Positions 39,683-42,797 of a DNA stretch of 42,797 bases are shown piece by piece. Position 1 is the stretch's first letter, and every line of letters starts with the position of its first letter. Made by a program: the position numbers and the translations under genes. Origin of the DNA: a virus; IMG/VR virus record IMGVR_UViG_3300005511_000021; one strand, 5' to 3'. Under the pieces are notes generated by a model that made no database searches, had not been told where the DNA came from, and saw only the letters and a program-made list of their open reading frames with translations.

Positions 39683-41303
39683 CCGGAGCAATAAGCGGGT
39701 TGATGCGGTTTGAGATTGCCCCGAGGACAGGCGCATTCCCAGTTGCGGCAGCCGTCTGCAGAGCGTGAAGGCTTCTATTCGCGGCACGATCGACACTGCC
39801 GGCGGCAAGATGACCAACAGCACCTGGGGTGGCAAAACCGATGGCCGCACCAACTGGCCCGAAGATCCCGCCTATAGCCGAGCCCACTGCTGCGCCCGCC
39901 CCTGCTGATACGACGCCACGCGGCGCAAATTTAGCCACCCACTTAACGAGTGCCGGCGAAGAATTGCCGCGGGCCAACTGCCGAATGAGTGCGGTTTCTT
40001 CCGGCGTAAAGCTGCGCTCTTGCCGATTGACGATCCTCGTATAGAGCTGAGATGCCTTGTCGCGAACGGCGTTTTCCATACCAGACTGGGAATGGCGGCC
40101 AGACTTGACGTCGGCGAGGTCAAAAAGATCCTCGATCTTCTGCGTCTTCGTGCGCTGAGCCCAAAGATGATCGGCTTCTCGGAATGTGTTGAAAGCGTCT
40201 GGAGGCCCGACAACATGCTGTGGCGTGACGTTGTCAGCGAAGGCGTTCAGGATTTCGCGCATTCGGGACAAGGTACGCTCATCAGACGGGGTTGCTCGGC
40301 TGATAGCAAGGTCGATTTCCTGGCGAAGCTCATGAAACCGCTGCAAATCGATCGGCTGGCCTTGCAGAGCGTTAATATCGTCGATGAGGCCCGCTGTCTG
40401 TGGGCGTAGGTTTTCGTTGATGCGCCCGCCCGCGATGCGCATGTTCTGGAACATCCGGTTCGCAGATTGCGGCTCTATGGCAACACCAGACTGATAAGCT
40501 CGATCATAAAGCTGCTGGGAAGCGTCTGCGAGTTCCTGAGCAGTTGGAGCAGCGTTGTTTGCCGTATTGCGAGCCGCGCGAGAGGCCAAGGCATCCCCGA
40601 TGCGAGACGCAACGCCGCTGATCCCCGCGCCGAGAAGTGCGCCGTATGTGGCCCCTGTGCCGCGCTCGCCCGGCTTCGCTTCTCCAGCCCCCGTCACGCC
40701 GCCATATGTGGCGCCCTCGATCATCGCAGCGCCAGTCCGCCCGACAACGGGGAGATTGCGTCCAGCGACGAAATTTGGAAGCGCGCGCCCCATGATGAGG
40801 CCACCGCCGACGTCACCAGCAAGCGACGCGCCTGGGTTCTGCTGCCGAGCCGCAGTCTTCTTGGCATCTGCCTCAGCTTGAAGCCTGCCATAGTCGCCCT
40901 TGTTCACGTCGCTCCGAGCGAGAGCGGTCAACTCGTCATCCCACCCGAAGAGTGGAGAACGTTGTGCCGCGCTTGCGCCAGCGTCGATGGACTTGGCGAT
41001 CGACCCGAGCGGGTTCATCGAGCCCGCATAGATGCCACTGCTGTAGAACTCGTCGCGCTTGGCCTTGGCGTCGTTCACGCGCTGGGCATCGATCGCCGCG
41101 GCCGGGTTTTGCGTCATGTTCGACAGGCTGGAGGCAAGATCGCGAGTGTCAGCGCTTGCGGTGCTCAGGTCGTTCTCAGGAGCCGGAACCACGCCGATCT
41201 GAGCGGCGATCTCGTCGACAGTCTTGGCCTGATCTTCCGGCGAAAGCTGAAGGAAGGAATCATCCACCTTCACGCGCTTGCCCTGTATGTTGAGTGTCGG
41301 CAT
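39642..41303 (-). CDS. Ejection/internal virion protein (P22 gp16/gp20 position)
   Basis: 553 aa from ATG 41303 (TAATG overlap with the upstream stop). Ala/Gly-rich with hydrophobic Gly-zipper segments. Confidence 0.75.
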   Translation of the reverse strand: MPTLNIQGKRVKVDDSFLQLSPEDQAKTVDEIAAQIGVVPAPENDLSTASADTRDLASSLSNMTQNPAAAIDAQRVNDAKAKRDEFYSSGIYAGSMNPLGSIAKSIDAGASAAQRSPLFGWDDELTALARSDVNKGDYGRLQAEADAKKTAARQQNPGASLAGDVGGGLIMGRALPNFVAGRNLPVVGRTGAAMIEGATYGGVTGAGEAKPGERGTGATYGALLGAGISGVASRIGDALASRAARNTANNAAPTAQELADASQQLYDRAYQSGVAIEPQSANRMFQNMRIAGGRINENLRPQTAGLIDDINALQGQPIDLQRFHELRQEIDLAISRATPSDERTLSRMREILNAFADNVTPQHVVGPPDAFNTFREADHLWAQRTKTQKIEDLFDLADVKSGRHSQSGMENAVRDKASQLYTRIVNRQERSFTPEETALIRQLARGNSSPALVKWVAKFAPRGVVSAGAGAAVGSAIGGIFGPVGAAIGFATPGAVGHLAAGSVDRAANRSLHALQTAAATGNAPVLGAISNRINPLIAPVTSGTASQVMRRR

Positions 41304-42367
41304 TATGGTTCCATGCTCCATGGCACGCCGGTAGACGTTGTGTTGCCACCAGCGGCCGGGACAGCTGAATCCTGCCCAGACTGAGCCGCCAATGCCTCAA
41401 GGTCGCGCTTCTTCTGCTCGATAAACGCGCGAAGAACGACCTTCTTTTCCTGCGGAGACTTGTCGGGGTCACCGAGAGTATCACGCAAGGTTTCGCCTTC
41501 CTTCTGGGTGAACGCAGCCCCAAATGTATCGCGCAACAGCGGCAAGACTTGGTTGTCGACCGTTGAGATATATTGCGCCCGAGCTACCGCAGCATCTCTT
41601 GGCGCCATGCCGAGTTGCTTTCTGCCCAAATCAAGAATTTGCCCAGCGCCCGTATAGGTCGCTTTATCTGCCAGACTGTCGAGACTGTTTACGACTGCCT
41701 CAAGTCCCGGCATTTTGCTTGCCATGCTGTTGTATGCTGCCCTGGCTTCGCCCTGCGAAGCGCCAAGTTTCGTGTCGCTGGCAGCGCCGATCAAGTTCTT
41801 CGGCGTGTTGTTGACTACGGCACCGGTTCGGCTGTTCTGGCTGATGATCGCCGTGCCGGTATCGAGATTTTGAAGAACTGGAGTCGGTTCGAAATTACCC
41901 GTATCAAGCGGCTTGAATTTCCCAGTCTTTGAAACCTGCCCGAGCACAGTCTTACCGCTCTCATCCTTGCCCCATACAGGGGTGAGGCCCCATTCTTCAT
42001 CGCCGGCCGCAATGCTGGCTGGCGGGGTAACCCACTGGCCCGTCGAGGCGTCATAGAGGTTCTTGCCAGCCGTGATGAAGTTGTTCTTCGGCTTCTGAGA
42101 CTCGAGTTTCTGCTGGTAGAACAGCTTGTAGGCATCGCCGCCGGACAGCGCGCCGCTCTCGACGGCCGCGGCCAGATCCGGGTTCTGCTGGCGAAGGAAC
42201 TCCAGCGTCTTGTTGCGCTGGCGCACGCCTGCAACGCCTTGCGCGAGGCCGGCGACCTGCTGGGGCGCCGTAGCCCCACCAAGGAGGCCAGCACCAGCCT
42301 GGAGCAGCATGTCGCTGTTGTTGCGGAGGAACGGCTGGAAGCCATTTGCGAAGGGAGGGAGCGCCAT
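41303..42367 (-). CDS. Ejection/internal virion protein
   Basis: 354-aa ORF directly abutting the upstream stop. Confidence 0.75.
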   Translation of the reverse strand: MALPPFANGFQPFLRNNSDMLLQAGAGLLGGATAPQQVAGLAQGVAGVRQRNKTLEFLRQQNPDLAAAVESGALSGGDAYKLFYQQKLESQKPKNNFITAGKNLYDASTGQWVTPPASIAAGDEEWGLTPVWGKDESGKTVLGQVSKTGKFKPLDTGNFEPTPVLQNLDTGTAIISQNSRTGAVVNNTPKNLIGAASDTKLGASQGEARAAYNSMASKMPGLEAVVNSLDSLADKATYTGAGQILDLGRKQLGMAPRDAAVARAQYISTVDNQVLPLLRDTFGAAFTQKEGETLRDTLGDPDKSPQEKKVVLRAFIEQKKRDLEALAAQSGQDSAVPAAGGNTTSTGVPWSMEP

Positions 42368-42797
42368 TTATAGGAAACCTCCAAGGAGGCCGGCGCCTGT
42401 CGCGCCATAGCCAAGGGCCGTCAAGAATGGGTTTTGACCAGGCTGTGATTGCGTCTGAGAGCCGCCAAGTTGACCGGCGCCAGATGCGATAGCCTGGAGC
42501 CTGGAAAGGTTCTCCCAAGGCTTGTTCTGCTGCTCGTTGAAGACGCGGAGGCGATCGTTCATCAACCGCGTGGCATAATCGTCATCCATGCCGCCGACCT
42601 TCATCAAGTCCTGAGCCGGAGCCTGCATGCCGGAATAAGCCTGCCCGAGCTGACCGAATCCGGTCTGGCCCATGTTGAAGAGGTTGGAATTCGCCGCATC
42701 CTTGCGCGTCTGCCAGTTCTGGAACTGCCGGGCGCCAAGATCGCCGATCGTGCTTCCGAGGAGCTGCTGATTTGTGCCTGAGCCATAGCGGCCGGCG
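42368..42797 (-). CDS. C-terminal part of the wrap-around virion protein gene (same gene as 1..515)
   Basis: In frame with ATG 515 through the 120-bp overlap. Stop TAA at 42368..42370. Confidence 0.75.
   Translation of the reverse strand, partial: AGRYGSGTNQQLLGSTIGDLGARQFQNWQTRKDAANSNLFNMGQTGFGQLGQAYSGMQAPAQDLMKVGGMDDDYATRLMNDRLRVFNEQQNKPWENLSRLQAIASGAGQLGGSQTQSQPGQNPFLTALGYGATGAGLLGGFL
42678..42797. repeat. Exact 120-bp terminal direct repeat, copy 2
   Basis: Identical to 1..120. Confidence 0.95.

Overview
The window is one complete, circularly closed genome of a GC-rich temperate podovirus. Bases 1..120 repeat exactly at 42678..42797, so the unique length is 42,677 bp. The morphogenesis module is P22-type. 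The host is probably an alphaproteobacterium of the Rhizobiales type; this is inferred from protein families (RcGTA-type spike-base protein, DUF1515-like protein, BrnA, DnaA domain IV) and from a tRNA-Thr-like attP.

Layout:
- Minus-strand late operon. It runs from a promoter near 11780 through small genes, terS, terL, portal, scaffold, coat, adaptor/hub and ejection proteins. It crosses the window ends, then continues through a fibre, an SGNH esterase, endolysin plus spanins and an 839-aa spike ending at 31585.
- Minus-strand early operon, 19675 down to about 11812: HNH, DUF4406, two DNA methyltransferases, VRR-NUC, a DnaA-domain-IV protein, a LuxR-type HTH and a NusG-like factor.
- Immunity region, 19676..21000: three HTH genes and a duplicated TTCAGTC operator set.
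- Plus-strand early operon, 21079..29798: Erf/YqaJ recombination pair, Lar, HNH, T5orf172 and integrase, followed by attP.

I found no complete tRNA gene, CRISPR array, transposase, tape-measure gene or dedicated replicase.

Most unusual items:
- a 49-unit hexanucleotide array encoding a (Gly-Asn/Tyr/Asp)n protein
- a spike-position protein with an FAD-oxidoreductase-type domain
- a convergent, overlapping pair of paralogous SGNH esterases, one secreted and one in the late operon
- an orphan BrnA antitoxin with its own promoter
- a phage NusG paralog next to the late promoter
- a glycosyltransferase inside the head module
- C-terminal Ala-Ala on 16 early proteins

All functional calls come from motif reading by eye. 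No database search was run.
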